Assembly: GCA_000004985.1 (NCBI GenBank)
Contig: GG738923.1
Strand: one strand, 5' to 3'
Origin: Naegleria gruberi
Taxonomy: Eukaryota
Length of the DNA stretch: 64,000 bases
Shown here: positions 22,782-34,967 of the stretch, piece by piece
Position numbering within the stretch: position 1 is the stretch's first letter
How the letters are laid out: every line of letters starts with the position of its first letter
Position numbers and translations under genes: made by a program
Notes under the pieces: generated by a model
The model's input: the letters and a program-made list of their open reading frames with translations, nothing else
Told to the model about the DNA's origin: nothing
Databases searched by the model: none

Positions 22782-23966
22782 TTACTCTATTTCTTCTTTA
22801 GAGCTCTTTGATTCGGATATTTCCAACTCTTGTTCACTTGCTGTTTGTGGAGGTGATTGTGATATTTGCTGTTCATTAATGACAATGTTATCAGATATTT
22901 GAGATTGTTGTACTGATGGCTGATTTTCCATCTTGTTGTTGTTGTTAAATTGTTCAAAGAATGGAGAACATAATTTCATGCTCAATTCCCATAATTTTTC
23001 TCGTTCTTCCTTAATATATGCTATTGGATGATCCATATCTTCCTTATCTTCTGAAAAATAGACACCAGAGCAGGTAATGGCTGGATCAACTGCCAATCTC
23101 AGTTCATTAAAGGCTCCTTTAGCAATTGGAATCCCTTGGAATGCATGAACCATTTTATAAGCACCGTATTTAAGCCATCCAAGTAGTGAATCTCTTTCAT
23201 TATCGAGTGCCTTCTCTGGAAGATTGGTCATCATCGTGCCAGGATGAAGCATATTCACTGCCAATTTCTTATTTTCCTCAATGACCCATTTCTGATGCAA
23301 ATTCAATCCATGCATGGTGCAGAATAGTTTGTTGTAGGCATAGGTAGGTGTTGTGGTCTTATAGGATTGTTCCTTTTGAATCATGTCCATCCACTTGATA
23401 TCTTCCAAGTGTTTCAACGATTTTGGAAACATCATCTTGGCCACATTTGATGAAACAATAATAATTCTGGCGTTTTCATTCAAATAATCTTTCAGCAAGT
23501 GATTCATGAGAAAGTGTCCCAAGTGACACACTGAAAATGTTGTTGAAACTTGTTGTGCTTGAGTTTTTTCCTTTGAAACTACCAATCCAGCATTATTAAT
23601 AATCACATCAATCTTTTCCGAATTAAATTCATTCGGAAGAATTTCCCTAACCAATTTCACACAACCCTCAACAACCAATTCCAAATTTGATAAATCCATT
23701 CCCAATCCAACAATTTTTCCAATCTTGCTTTCATTCACTTGTTTGTATTGTTCCAAAGTTTTACTAATAATTGTCTTGATGGCACTGTCGGCTCTTTCCT
23801 GTGTCGAACTGGTAATTATCACATTAAATCCCAAAGATAACAATTGCTTGGAGAGGTCGTATCCGATACCTGTTGTACCTCCCGTCAAGAGAATAGTTTT
23901 TTGAGAGGAAAAATCCTGATGATTTCTTAATTGGATGAGAAGGGTTGCTGCATCGAATGCTTTCAT
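22782..23966 (-). CDS. Short-chain dehydrogenase/reductase (SDR) with Q/E/S-rich C-terminal tail
   Basis: The motifs are TGGTTGIGYDL (TGxxxGxG), IDVIINNAGL (NNAG) and YAYNK (YxxxK). Confidence 0.8.
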   Translation of the reverse strand: MKAFDAATLLIQLRNHQDFSSQKTILLTGGTTGIGYDLSKQLLSLGFNVIITSSTQERADSAIKTIISKTLEQYKQVNESKIGKIVGLGMDLSNLELVVEGCVKLVREILPNEFNSEKIDVIINNAGLVVSKEKTQAQQVSTTFSVCHLGHFLMNHLLKDYLNENARIIIVSSNVAKMMFPKSLKHLEDIKWMDMIQKEQSYKTTTPTYAYNKLFCTMHGLNLHQKWVIEENKKLAVNMLHPGTMMTNLPEKALDNERDSLLGWLKYGAYKMVHAFQGIPIAKGAFNELRLAVDPAITCSGVYFSEDKEDMDHPIAYIKEEREKLWELSMKLCSPFFEQFNNNNKMENQPSVQQSQISDNIVINEQQISQSPPQTASEQELEISESKSSKEEIE

Positions 23967-24040
23967 TTTTTTGTGTTTGGATTTTACAATAAAGATTTTA
24001 AGAGTTTTGGATTTGAAAGGAAATGGTTGACAAGAGATGT

Positions 24041-26602
24041 TTATTCATCCTTTTGGGATTGGTAATCATCGTCCTCAATTGATTTCCTCTCAACGACTTC
24101 ATTCGAGTCGATATTAAGAGAGGTTTTTGTTGTGGTTGCAAGATCGTGTATATCAACAATTGCGATACCATCTGATGAAGGAGTAGATGGCTTGGAGTCG
24201 TGACTATGTCCATGATGAAGCCATTTGACCAAGTCCTTCTTTGTAATGATACCGACAAGCTTACTATTGTGCAAAACAAGGCAATATCTAACTCCCATAG
24301 CTCTAAACATATTGTAAAGTCTATCACCTGGCATTTGTGTTGGGACTTGGATTGGAATTTCATCTAAAAAGCTTGAAAGGTCAATCTTGTTAATAAGTGA
24401 AATTTGTCTTTCTGATTTGTGAAGATCTGAAAAGACAATTTCAGTCTGGTCATTGATTCTTCTATCATTTGTTAAAAGGGCGTCTTGAAGAGCTGCTTGG
24501 GTAATAAATCCAAGAACACGTCTATCATCAGAATTATCCACAATTGGGAATCCATATAACTTAAGTCCTTCTCTCAAAAGAGATTGTCTCACCTCACCAA
24601 CTGTTGCTCCCTCAACAAAAATAACTTTAAGCTTGTGAGTTGTCATGATATGTTTTGCTGTATCATCTGTATCCACTTCATCATTGTGTAAGAATGGATA
24701 TTGATTCATTTCAATATTTAGTTCATAAATGGATTCCCTATTGAAAGCATCACCAACCCATTTGGCGAACATTACAGAAAGCATAATAGGAACAAGGTAT
24801 TCCAAACCACCAGTCAATTCAAACATAATAACTGCAAGGGATACCGTAATTCTACAAACACCTCCCAACATGGTTGCAGCTCCAATAACAGCATACATAC
24901 CAGGCACAACACAACTACCTTCACCACCAGCATAACATTCTTGGAAGAATGGAGAATCAGGGAAAGTCAATTGCACATATTTCATAATACTACCAACTAG
25001 TGTACCATAACAAGCACCTATAGCCAATGAAGGGACAAGAACACCTGATGGAATCTTGATACCAACAGTCAAGGATAAAAGAATAAATCTCAATACAAAT
25101 GAAATCATCAATTTGCCCATAGCCCAGAAATTTGTTGGATCACACAACTCGACAAAGATGGAATCGGCTGAAGAATTTTCAGTACAAGTATTTTCAAATA
25201 ATCTGGCAATAAGATCAGACATTGGCATTCTTGAGTATTCGTTCCAATAGCAAAGCACTGAGGTGAGGATTGTCAATCCAATTGTTTCCAGGATTGGCCA
25301 TTTTCCAAAATACTTTTTACGAACATTCTTAATAAATGAAATATTGAGCTTGGTAAAGAGAGCTCCAAGCAATCCACCAACAATACCCAAGAAAATGAAG
25401 GCAACTGAACTATCATTAGAATGAAATTGATTCAAGAAACTTACTCAATTCGAACCATTTCCAATTTACGTGGTATGAAATGCTGTACAAGACAATTTTA
25501 CCAGATGGTCTTGGATTAATAATTTGCAAGGTCAAAGCTCCAATAACACAGGCAAAGAAAGTTCTAAAGAGCGTCTTTGGAGGGAAATAGGATGACAATT
25601 CCTCAAGTGAAAACAAAGTACCACCAGCTGGAGTACCGAAAGCACACGCCACGCCTGCAGCACAACTTGCACTAATCATTTCTCTCTTTTTGGCTTCATT
25701 ATTTCTGTATTTTGAGAAAATTCTTGAAAAGACGTTACCAACACATCCACCAACCTAAACAAAAAATCAATTCGAAAGTTCAACAAATATATACTTACAT
25801 GAACCATTGGACCTTCTTTACCCAAAGTTAATCCAGAACCAACAGCAAGGACCAACCCAATAATTTTAACAATTAAAGTCATAATACCTAAACAACCCTT
25901 GATGACAAATCCACCCAAAATTGTTTTCACTTCTGGAATTCCCGAACCTGCAGCCCAAGGAGCCAGACTCTTCACAAACCATGCACTCAAAGTGGCCATG
26001 CACACTGCAATGAATATATAGGCAAAATAGTCAAAAGCATAGGCGCCATTAGTTTCATAAATACCAAATATTTCACTCCAAGTTTTCCAGTCTTCACACT
26101 TGATACCAACTTGTTGATGTGAGATAATCGCATGTCATCTGTGTACTTACCTGGCACTTCCACGCAACATCTTGTCTGTGTGGCCAAGAAATAATTCACA
26201 CAAACTCCTTCTTTAAATCCGGCCAACCATTCCATACCCTTATCCACAATACTAGCAAATATACCAATCCAAGCACCTATCAGGAATGTCATAATCCACC
26301 CCTGTGATGCATAGTATCCTTTATGAAGAGTTGCCCAAATTCCTGTCTAAATAAATAAATAATAATAATATTTGAATTTAAATTTTCAGCAAATATATTT
26401 TCAAGTGAATATCACATACTTTTGAATAGAGTTTTGCTCTGTTTTTTCGTTCCTTTTTAATATCGGCTCTCCAATCTATAGTACTGATATTTTCATTATC
26501 GTGATAGGGATTTTTAGGAGGTTCTGGATTTGTGGTGGTTAACAATGACATCCGAATTTGATCCTTCTCCTCATCAGTGGAGAATGATCCAATAAATGAC
26601 AT
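24041..26602 (-). CDS. CLC chloride channel/transporter with C-terminal CBS domains (about 5 exons)
   Basis: The motifs GSGIPE and GKEGP lie in ORF 25676..26005. The N-terminal TIDW..KKER motif lies in ORF 26378..26602. Two CBS-like segments lie in 24041..24700. The introns are GTAAGT-type, e.g. revcomp of 25744-25798. Confidence 0.85.
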
Positions 26603-26938
26603 ATTTAATTATATTGATGATAATAAATTATCTTCCTAAATGATGATATTCAATGTTGCTTCCTATGATTTTTATAATCAAAATTTCTTTAAATCAACAA
26701 CAATCCAAAGCGCGGGAACCTGAGAGAAAGATTTATTGTGATTTTTTTTGCTGATGGAACGAATTGGAAAATTAGCGAGCAAATCAGAGAATCTTTCAGA
26801 GGCAACTTCTTGGTTTTTCACTGTAGTGAGGAAGCTGGGAGTCAATTCAAAGGAGTTGCCCTCAGGAGTTGAACGATTTGGTCGTGTGGACAAATTGGAG
26901 AGGATGCACTTTTATGGAGTTTATTAAGACTGAAATTG

Positions 26939-27798
26939 TTAGTAGAAATCTTCATTTTCCAATTGTTTAAGCTTTTTACAGAAGGCATCTCGTTTTTGAA
27001 TTTGAGTATTGGTCTCTGAGGTGAGTGTTTGTAATTCATCTTGCATTTGTGAGATGGCTAATTCGAGTTCTTCTCTTTCTTGCAACTTCTCTGCCATTGA
27101 GGTTTGGTGGTAATCGATTTGAGAACGAATTTGCTTCTCCTTTTGTTCCTTTTGTTGCTGTTGTTTGAAATGATCTTGCTTCTTCTTTTCCTCTTTCTTA
27201 ATGTTATTGGAAACTGTCTGAATCTCTGAATGGATCAATTGGTGTTTCTTTGCTTCTTTTTGAATGTGGGAATCTTGTTCTTGAATTTTAGCCCTTAGAT
27301 CATTGATTTGTTTCTCAATTGTTTTGATTTGTTTTCCTTCCGAAGTTTCACTTGTAAAGAAATCATTTACCTCTTGAATATGTTTCTGATATTGCTTGAT
27401 TTCCTCCTCCTTTAAAGATTCAAATAATTTACATTGATCATGAAGGAAATCAGCCCTCTTTTGAACTGAGAGTGCAACACTTGTTTCGGCATTAATTTGT
27501 TGATTTAGATTGGAGATTTCATCCTCCAATTTATCGATCATATTTTGGAGAGTTAGATTATCGAAAGATAACATTCGTTTCTTTCTTGTTAATTCATCCA
27601 AATCTTCCTCATCTTGAAAATTTAATTAATTATCCAAATAATGCGATTTAAATGTTGTTAAAAAGAAAAACCTACATTCCTTTACAAGTGATAATAAATC
27701 ATCATTTTCTCGTACCAAGCCTAATAATTGTTGATGTTCTTCCTCTTGAAGCCTTGTCAATTCTTCAATTTGTATGGTGAGAACAGTTTCCATGATTT
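26939..27798 (-). CDS. Coiled-coil protein (K/E/Q-rich), 2 exons
   Basis: Exon 1 is METVLTIQIEELTRLQEEEHQQLL... Intron: approx 27604-27661. Exon 2 (26939..27601) carries the heptad-rich sequence. Confidence 0.5.
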
Positions 27799-27965
27799 GA
27801 ATTGAGTTGTTTTTTTTATTAAATAAAATAAAGCCTTAATTGACTTCACGCATGCCTGCCATTGACTACTATAATGAAAGCGAGAATCCTTACATGAGAA
27901 AATTAGGCTAATGATAAATCAATTTAATTTTTTTAAAATTTTATTACTTAATAATTTAGTGATGA

Positions 27966-29971
27966 TTATTGATCCAAATCTTCATATTGAGCCTTTTGCT
28001 TATCCTTCAATTGAACAATGTAATAGACAAGACAACAGATTAAAATGATGGAAACGACAACAGTGGCAGCTTCAACACCAATGAACAAGTACAAACTGAC
28101 AACCTTTTCAACTTCTGGAGCTTCATAAGCATCTTCATAGATATCAGAAACACCCATGACAAGTTCATTGACAACACCGTTACCAGAAAAGTTAACTTGC
28201 AATTTTTCAGTACAAGTAGCATCAACAGTAGCAACATCTGGATTGGCCATCTTTAAAAAGTTGATCAAAATTTGCATACCACATGGAATGGTTTGATTGG
28301 AAGCTGAACCATCAAAGAAAGTCATGTGACCAGTCTTTGGAACAGTAATCAAAGCACGTGGACCTTGAATAGCCTTGAGTTGGTTTTGGGCTGACCACAA
28401 TGGTGTTTCAGCATCGAATTCACCATTAATCAAGAGAGTTGGAACAGTGGTAGTAATGGTCTTATTGTAAAAGTTAGCATTAACAGTGTATGGGGTCCAT
28501 GAGGTAATTTCCTTGAGATTAGCCCAATAAACAGAATCTCCCAAACCAATGCTAGTGAAATTATTGTATTGAACCTTCAATTCTTCAAGAGAAATTTCGG
28601 AATTGTACAATTCGCCGAAAATAAGATTGGCAGTAGCAAGAGGGGAGGCCAATGGAATGGAGGTCAAATTGGAGAAGGCAGCCTTTTGAGCAACATAATA
28701 ATCTCTAATGTGGAGAATGGTTGCAACATCCAAATCTTCATCACATCTATTCATACGATAGAGGAGAGCTGGAATGAAAACTTTGGTATCTGAGCCGAGC
28801 AACAAGAAGGCCAAAATTGCCTTGAATTGATCAGCTGGAATACCTTCCTTAATAGCCTTACAGGTATTATTGTGATAAACCTTTTCAATGGTATCATGGA
28901 AGTATTTGATTGGATCAACGTTACCAATCTTTTGAGCACAGAGATTATCAGTACCATTACAGAGCTTTAAGAATTCAATACCAACTTGATTGGTAATTTC
29001 ATCAGCATAAGACAAGGCCAACAATCCACCATAGCTATTTTGACCAGTTGTGTCAATAATACTATCCAAAATTGATCCCTTAAGAATGTTCAATCCATTT
29101 TGTTCAACAAGCTTCAACAAACGAGAAACGACAAGACTTCCGTAACCAAGACCATAAACATAGGTTTCTTGTTGAGTATTCATCTTTTGAATCAAAGCAG
29201 CAATATCGTAGGCAACATTGACTGATGAATAGAATTGCTTTTGAGCACCATATTCAGCATCGAAGGCACTGTAACAATTCTTCCATTCACTTGATGAAAT
29301 TGAAATACCACCAGAACTTCCTGGAGTTTCAGCTTGAGAAGCATCACATCCGAGTCTAGAACTTCTTCCATTACCTCTAGTATCGAGAGTATAAATATCA
29401 AAATCAGAACCCAACAATTTAGAAACGAGTTCAATAGAGACTTCAACATTTGATGCATCGGATTCAATTGGACCGACCATCCATAGAGCTCTCTTGGCAT
29501 CCTTGTTTTCAGTGGATCTCACTCGTTTAACAAAAACGTCAATGGCACTTCCTTGTGGTTGATCTGGATTCAATGGGAGACTAACAACTGAACATTCAGC
29601 AGTAGTTCTAACAAGGAGATTGTTTTTAGTATCTAAATTATTATTAGTGATGATGAATTATTGATTATTATTATTGATTTTGTTATTGTTGTCGTTGTTA
29701 AAAAAAGATTTTTTGTGAATTTTAACACTCATCACACACTTGAGAGAAACTTACTGTATTGATTGATAGCATTAATGACGTCTCTAGCACGTGGTGAAAA
29801 GGTAGAAGCTTTCAAAGTTGTTGTATTTGAAGAAACTTGAATATTAGTAAAAAGTGGGCAAGGATAAAATTGTTGAGCATTGATAAAATTTAAGAGGGTA
29901 GCAACAATAACCATCATCAACACGACCGACACACGGATCGATGATGAAGATCTATTCAATAACAAAGACAT
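27966..29971 (-). CDS. Alpha/beta-hydrolase serine peptidase (TAP-like S33 / S28-like), signal peptide, C-terminal TM anchor; intron approx 29640-29755
   Basis: The nucleophile motif is GQNSYGGLLAL (GxSYGG). N-terminal signal: MSLLLNRSSSSIRVSVVLMMVIVATLL. The C-terminal TM segment is VVSLYLFIGVEAATVVVSIILICCLV. Confidence 0.6.
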
Positions 29972-30410
29972 CCCAATGTTGTTGTTTTTTGTTATGTTGA
30001 AAAGAAGTTTGATATTTTGATATTTTTTCTCTTTCGTTCCTCGCTTTTTAAAAATCAAACAGAAGAACCTTCGGCCGAGGTGGATGAGCATCTTGAACAA
30101 ATGCGTCCAACTCCGGTTTCAATAATTACGCATTATTAAAATTTCAAAATGATGGAGTAACAGCAAGAACATTCATTGCTTTATGACTAACTGTTCTTGT
30201 AGAATGTTGAGAAAGCGAAAGGGTTTCAGAATAATTTGATTGGGCAATTAATTGGATCATTTTTACAATATGTTGAAAGAAACCCAAAGGCTTATCTTGT
30301 CGAAATTGTCTTATTTGTAAGTGAGGATGGAATCATTAAAAATCAATAAATATTTAAAGACATAAATTGATTTTATTTTAAAATCTATTGTCAATCCAAA
30401 CTAACTGCTA

Positions 30411-31795
30411 TTATTCACCAATAAGAATATATTTAAATTCAGGTGCAATTACCTTGTCCAAATGTTTCTCCAAATAATTTTCCTTAAATTCCCTTGTAAT
30501 AAATCTGAAGTTTACCCCTGTCGTTGAATCCGAGGTGCTTTTATCGGAATTCAAATTGACTGATTCTTCTTCAATTTGTTGTGGTGGAGGCATTGGAATG
30601 ATTTGTTGATCTGTCTTCCAGGAAAATAGACAAGCTCCTGTTGACTCTTCGTAGGGATTTAATTCAATGAGTTTGATATAATCACCAGTTGGAATCAAAT
30701 CTTCATTCCATTGATTGGTTTTCTCAATATCTGAGAAGAATCTTGGATAAATTACAAAATCTGCAACCATATGTTTAAAAATCATGTGCTTGTCTAGATT
30801 TTCCTTCAGATATTTTACACTCTTTTCAATCAATTGTTGAATCTGGTTATGGTATTGTTCAATTTCTTCCACGTGGACGAAATGATTGTACTGACTAATT
30901 GCAGCCAATTTTCCATTTACAATAAATGTTCTAAATTCCAATCTAATATCAATGGTTGTATCCCACCTTCTCAATGCAATCTTATTGAGTGGACTCTTCT
31001 CATTCCAAAATTCAACATATGTTTCAATTAGGTCCATATTCACTCTTGAGGATCTTAATAATAATTCTAAAACTTCATCTGATGATGAAATTTTCAAGAA
31101 TTCAGTTGCAGCCCTTGTAAAAGAAACAACTCTATTGGAATTATCGAGTTGAGCTTCCTCAGATGGATAGTGTTCCTTCAAATCTTTATGGAATAATTCC
31201 ATTACATATTTTCCATTCAATTTTGTAACATCTGCACGAACCAGTTAATTATATTTTCCCCAATTGTTTAATTTGTTGACTTACCCTTTGGAGATCTTGA
31301 TGATAGCTTGAAAAAGAGAGGTTCTCTTCTCTCCTCATCCTTCCACAAAGAACACTCATCAATTTCATGCATCAATTTTTGAATGTTTTCATCCAATTTC
31401 AATTCAATTTTCAAAGATTCAACAATTTCTCTTTCCTTTTTCTCAATTTCATCATTTGACATTTTCATCAATTGTAATTGCTTAGTTTTTGCAGAGAATT
31501 CCTCATGAATTTTAATCAATTTTAAAGCACACTCCCTCTGAATATCAATAAACACAGTGTCATAGGTAATTTCTCTCGGAATGAAAGGAACCCACTGATC
31601 CAATTGTGCCAAGATTTGATTTTCACGATAATTGTCGAGAATTGCTTTTTGTTCAGAGAACCAACTTGAAGAAAGGGATTGTTTGAAGGAGAGTGAACTT
31701 TTCTCGATAGGTTTTTGAACTCGGTTCAGTTTGAAGTTTTGGAGGTCTTGTGGGTTGATCATTTTTTTGTTTGTTTTGGATGAACATAATTTCAA
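30411..31795 (-). CDS. CDC123/D123 family protein (cell division cycle 123 homologue), 2 exons, intron approx 31221-31267
   Basis: The C-terminal region FIVNGKLAAISQ...VIYPRFF...IELNPYEESTGACLFSWK is collinear with the CDC123 ATP-grasp-like core (FVKENKLIGISQ ... IDFNPFGEVTDSLLFTWE). Confidence 0.7.
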
Positions 31796-32376
31796 TTTGA
31801 CATAAATTTAAGTGTTGCTTGTTTCAATGAACAGAGAACTTGCATAATGTTTGAATTTCAGTTTGACCAGTTCATATCAAAGTATGTTAAATAAAACTTG
31901 TAAAAAGTTAATAAGTGAGTATTAACACAATTTAACTTGTTCATTTACAGTTCTATTAGACATTTAAAAATCACACCGTTACATCTGACATTTGTCACTT
32001 GCGCGCCAATATTTTTCGTTACACAAAACACTTTGCAAAATAATCCAAACAAAAAAAAAGCGACAAATCTCCTGAACTCAAAGTCAAAGTACACACAATT
32101 TGATTTTGATCATCTCCAACACTCAAGGTAGGTTAATCAACATTCTCCGAGATGCTAAATCATTGAATCAATATCGTTCATCACGACAATTTTCCAATCA
32201 ATTTTAAAAAACTCCAAAATCTTGGAAACTTTCTATGAAAAGAAGGAAAAAACGTTTCAAAAAAATCAACGAAGAAAACAAACTCTAGATTCTCATCACC
32301 ACGAAATCTTTGTAGTTGAAGAAGAAGGAATTTTTAAACACACATCTCTGATTTAATAATTATTCAAACTTAAACA

Positions 32377-33204
32377 ATGTCTGATATTGCCACTATCGAA
32401 CCTAGTGCTACACCATCCACTCCTAAAAAGTCATCACCAAAGGCTTCATGTTCTTCTACTCCTTCAAATAGTAGTAAACCAAATGGTGAAGCTATCAATG
32501 TTTCCACTCCAAATTCAGCACTCCACTTGTCTAATCAATATGGTTTTCCATTGAATTATAATGGTCAAATTCAACTCATCTTTGGTAATATGTTTGCTGG
32601 TAAAACCTCGGAATTGTTGAGAAGATTACGTAGATATCAATATGCTCAAAAGGAAACCGTATTGGTAAAGTACATCAATGATGACCGTTACAGTAAGGAA
32701 AATGTGTCAACACACGACTTGGTTCAACAAAAAGCTATTCCGACAGATCGTCTCGAAAAGATTGCTTCACAATTGCTTGGTTATCATGTTATTGGTATTG
32801 ATGAAGGTCAATTCTTCCCTGATTTGGTTGAATTCTGTGAAGCTGCTGCTAATGGAGGTAAAATTGTAATTGTTAGTGCTTTGGATGGTACTTTCCAAAG
32901 AAAACAATTTGGAAATGTTCTTTCATTGGTTCCAATGGCTGAAAGTGTTGTGAAACTTAAGGCTGTTTGTATGGTTTGTGGTAAAGATGCTGCCTTCTCT
33001 AAACGTATCACTGATGAACAACAAACTGAAGTTATTGGTGGATCTGATAAGTATATTGCCACTTGTAGAAAGTGTTATATGACTAGAAATACTCCATATT
33101 CAAAGAAGAGTAAGAGCGTTTTCCAAGATTCCATGTTAGAAGAACATGAAGAATGCTCTGATTATTCTGAACATTGTGAAATTTTCTCTCCTCAAAAACA
33201 CTAA
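32377..33204 (+). CDS. Thymidine kinase, TK1 type, with about 60-aa Ser/Pro-rich N-terminal extension
   Basis: The P-loop is IFGNMFAGKTSELLRR. The Walker B/active-site motif is VIGIDEGQFFPD. The Zn ribbon spans CMVCGKDAAFSKR...ATCRKC. Confidence 0.9.
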   Translation: MSDIATIEPSATPSTPKKSSPKASCSSTPSNSSKPNGEAINVSTPNSALHLSNQYGFPLNYNGQIQLIFGNMFAGKTSELLRRLRRYQYAQKETVLVKYINDDRYSKENVSTHDLVQQKAIPTDRLEKIASQLLGYHVIGIDEGQFFPDLVEFCEAAANGGKIVIVSALDGTFQRKQFGNVLSLVPMAESVVKLKAVCMVCGKDAAFSKRITDEQQTEVIGGSDKYIATCRKCYMTRNTPYSKKSKSVFQDSMLEEHEECSDYSEHCEIFSPQKH

Positions 33205-33698
33205 GCATTCTGTTACAAAAATTGTTGAGCTAGTTCTCAATCTAGGTAGTTACAACCAGTAACGCTCTCTAATGGTAATGCACAAGTTGTATGTGTGCTC
33301 AATCCAACCTAACAACCCACAATATTAAAACATTATTTATTTTAAATCAATTCGGTTTTATTTAATTTCGCCTCTTTGCTAAAATTATATTATTTGCGAT
33401 ATTTAAATGTGCAAAACAAAATCATTCAATTATACTAACAAAAACAAATGAATCAACAACCAAACAATCAAGATAGAGAAATTGCCAAGACTGAAACATG
33501 TCCATGCCCTGAGCAAGATAAAAAACCATTTGACATCTCACAGAAGAAACAGTGTGAGGGAACAAAGAAAGTTTGTGATGAGAATGGATGCAGAGATGTT
33601 CCTTGTTTGTATTTTGCTAGTTAAACTCGCGTTTTATAAGGTTTAAGGCCACTCCCAATAACATTGTAAATAAAATGTACTATTATATTTCAAAAATA

Positions 33699-34799
33699 TT
33701 ACAACCTTGAAGGTCTATAGCTTGTCAATTTCTCTCGCATTTTCAATAACGTTCCAATAGAAGGAATAAAATACAGCGAGCCTAAAATATTAGTGGAAAA
33801 TCTCATAATATGATCATTGTGACCTTGTGGAGTGGCATATTCGCCCTTTCCAACCATGCTCTCCAATTGATGAATGAAGGTTTTTCCAGAGTTTGCATAC
33901 GAAATGAAGAATAATCCATGTTGTGATGAATTTCCAAAGCTCATTGATTGCCTCACAACCTCAATTTCATCTCCGTCCTTTTCTAAAGTGACACGAGCCA
34001 CATGGGAAGTTTCTGGCTTATTTTCCAACTCGATGCTATCCTCTTTCGTTCTTCCAATATCATTCTCTTGTTCTTTCAATGAAAGTGAATTGAAAAATTT
34101 GAGATTGTGAACCCATTTCTGAGCCAAGAGGAAACTATCCTTTTCATTGGTGAGGGTTGCCTCAATTTTCTCTTCCATTTCTTTTGGATTTTCAGTTCCA
34201 TCCTCGAATCCACTCAAATCTCTTCCAAGACCAGATTTCTTATTTCTTCTATGGAGGAATGCATAGGTTTCATCCTGAATTTTCTTTATCAATGGAGAAA
34301 TAAATTCATGATTTGCAAAATCCTGAGTAGCTCTAAAACAATTGTCCATATTTACAGATTTAATGTGAAGAAATAAATCTCCACCAGTATTTGGAAAACC
34401 ACCAAATTTACCCTTCAAATCTTTAGGATATTGTGGAAATATTTCTGCCTGCATATATTCTCTTACATAATCCAGTGAATTATCTTGTATATTTCCTAAA
34501 ATTGAATTGGTCAACTCATATCCAAATCCAACAGCAAACTGTGTGCATTTTTCTTTATTCCACCTCTCCATAATCTGCAAACAAGCTTCCACTAATTTAA
34601 AATAAATTTTCATAGCCTTCCCATTTGATGAACTCTTCAGCTCATCCTTCAATTCAATCGTAACAAAACAAGCATGATCCGAGATTGGAGTTAATATCGT
34701 CGATTGGCAATGTTTCTCACCATGCCGATGATGGTGATGATTCTCATGGTGTGCGTGATGATGATGGTGATGATTATGCAAGTGATGCAGTGAGGACAT
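33699..34799 (-). CDS. DyP-type (dye-decolorizing) haem peroxidase with His-rich N-terminal tract
   Basis: The GxxDG motif is SGFEDGTENP. DyP-like C-terminal ferredoxin-fold segments are present. The N-terminus is MSSLHHLHNHHHHHHAHHENHHHHRHGEKH. Confidence 0.75.
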   Translation of the reverse strand: MSSLHHLHNHHHHHHAHHENHHHHRHGEKHCQSTILTPISDHACFVTIELKDELKSSSNGKAMKIYFKLVEACLQIMERWNKEKCTQFAVGFGYELTNSILGNIQDNSLDYVREYMQAEIFPQYPKDLKGKFGGFPNTGGDLFLHIKSVNMDNCFRATQDFANHEFISPLIKKIQDETYAFLHRRNKKSGLGRDLSGFEDGTENPKEMEEKIEATLTNEKDSFLLAQKWVHNLKFFNSLSLKEQENDIGRTKEDSIELENKPETSHVARVTLEKDGDEIEVVRQSMSFGNSSQHGLFFISYANSGKTFIHQLESMVGKGEYATPQGHNDHIMRFSTNILGSLYFIPSIGTLLKMREKLTSYRPSRL

Positions 34800-34967
34800 T
34801 TTTTTTCTACTTGATTTTTATGTTTGAGGAAAACTTCAAAATTTCCCGCCTCTGTAATCCTCTTCAATATTCAATTATAACTTTATGTTAATCTTAATAA
34901 ATATTATTAAATCAATTCATCAAACCTTTGATATTTATTGTAAACTTGCAAGTTCATCTTTAAAAAA

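Noticed and set aside
26678-27039. ORFs 26678..26893 and 26842..27039 on the - strand downstream of the coiled-coil gene
   Set aside because: They are short and unrecognised, and they probably fall in the 3' UTR of the coiled-coil gene or the 5' UTR of the CLC gene. Transcript data are needed.
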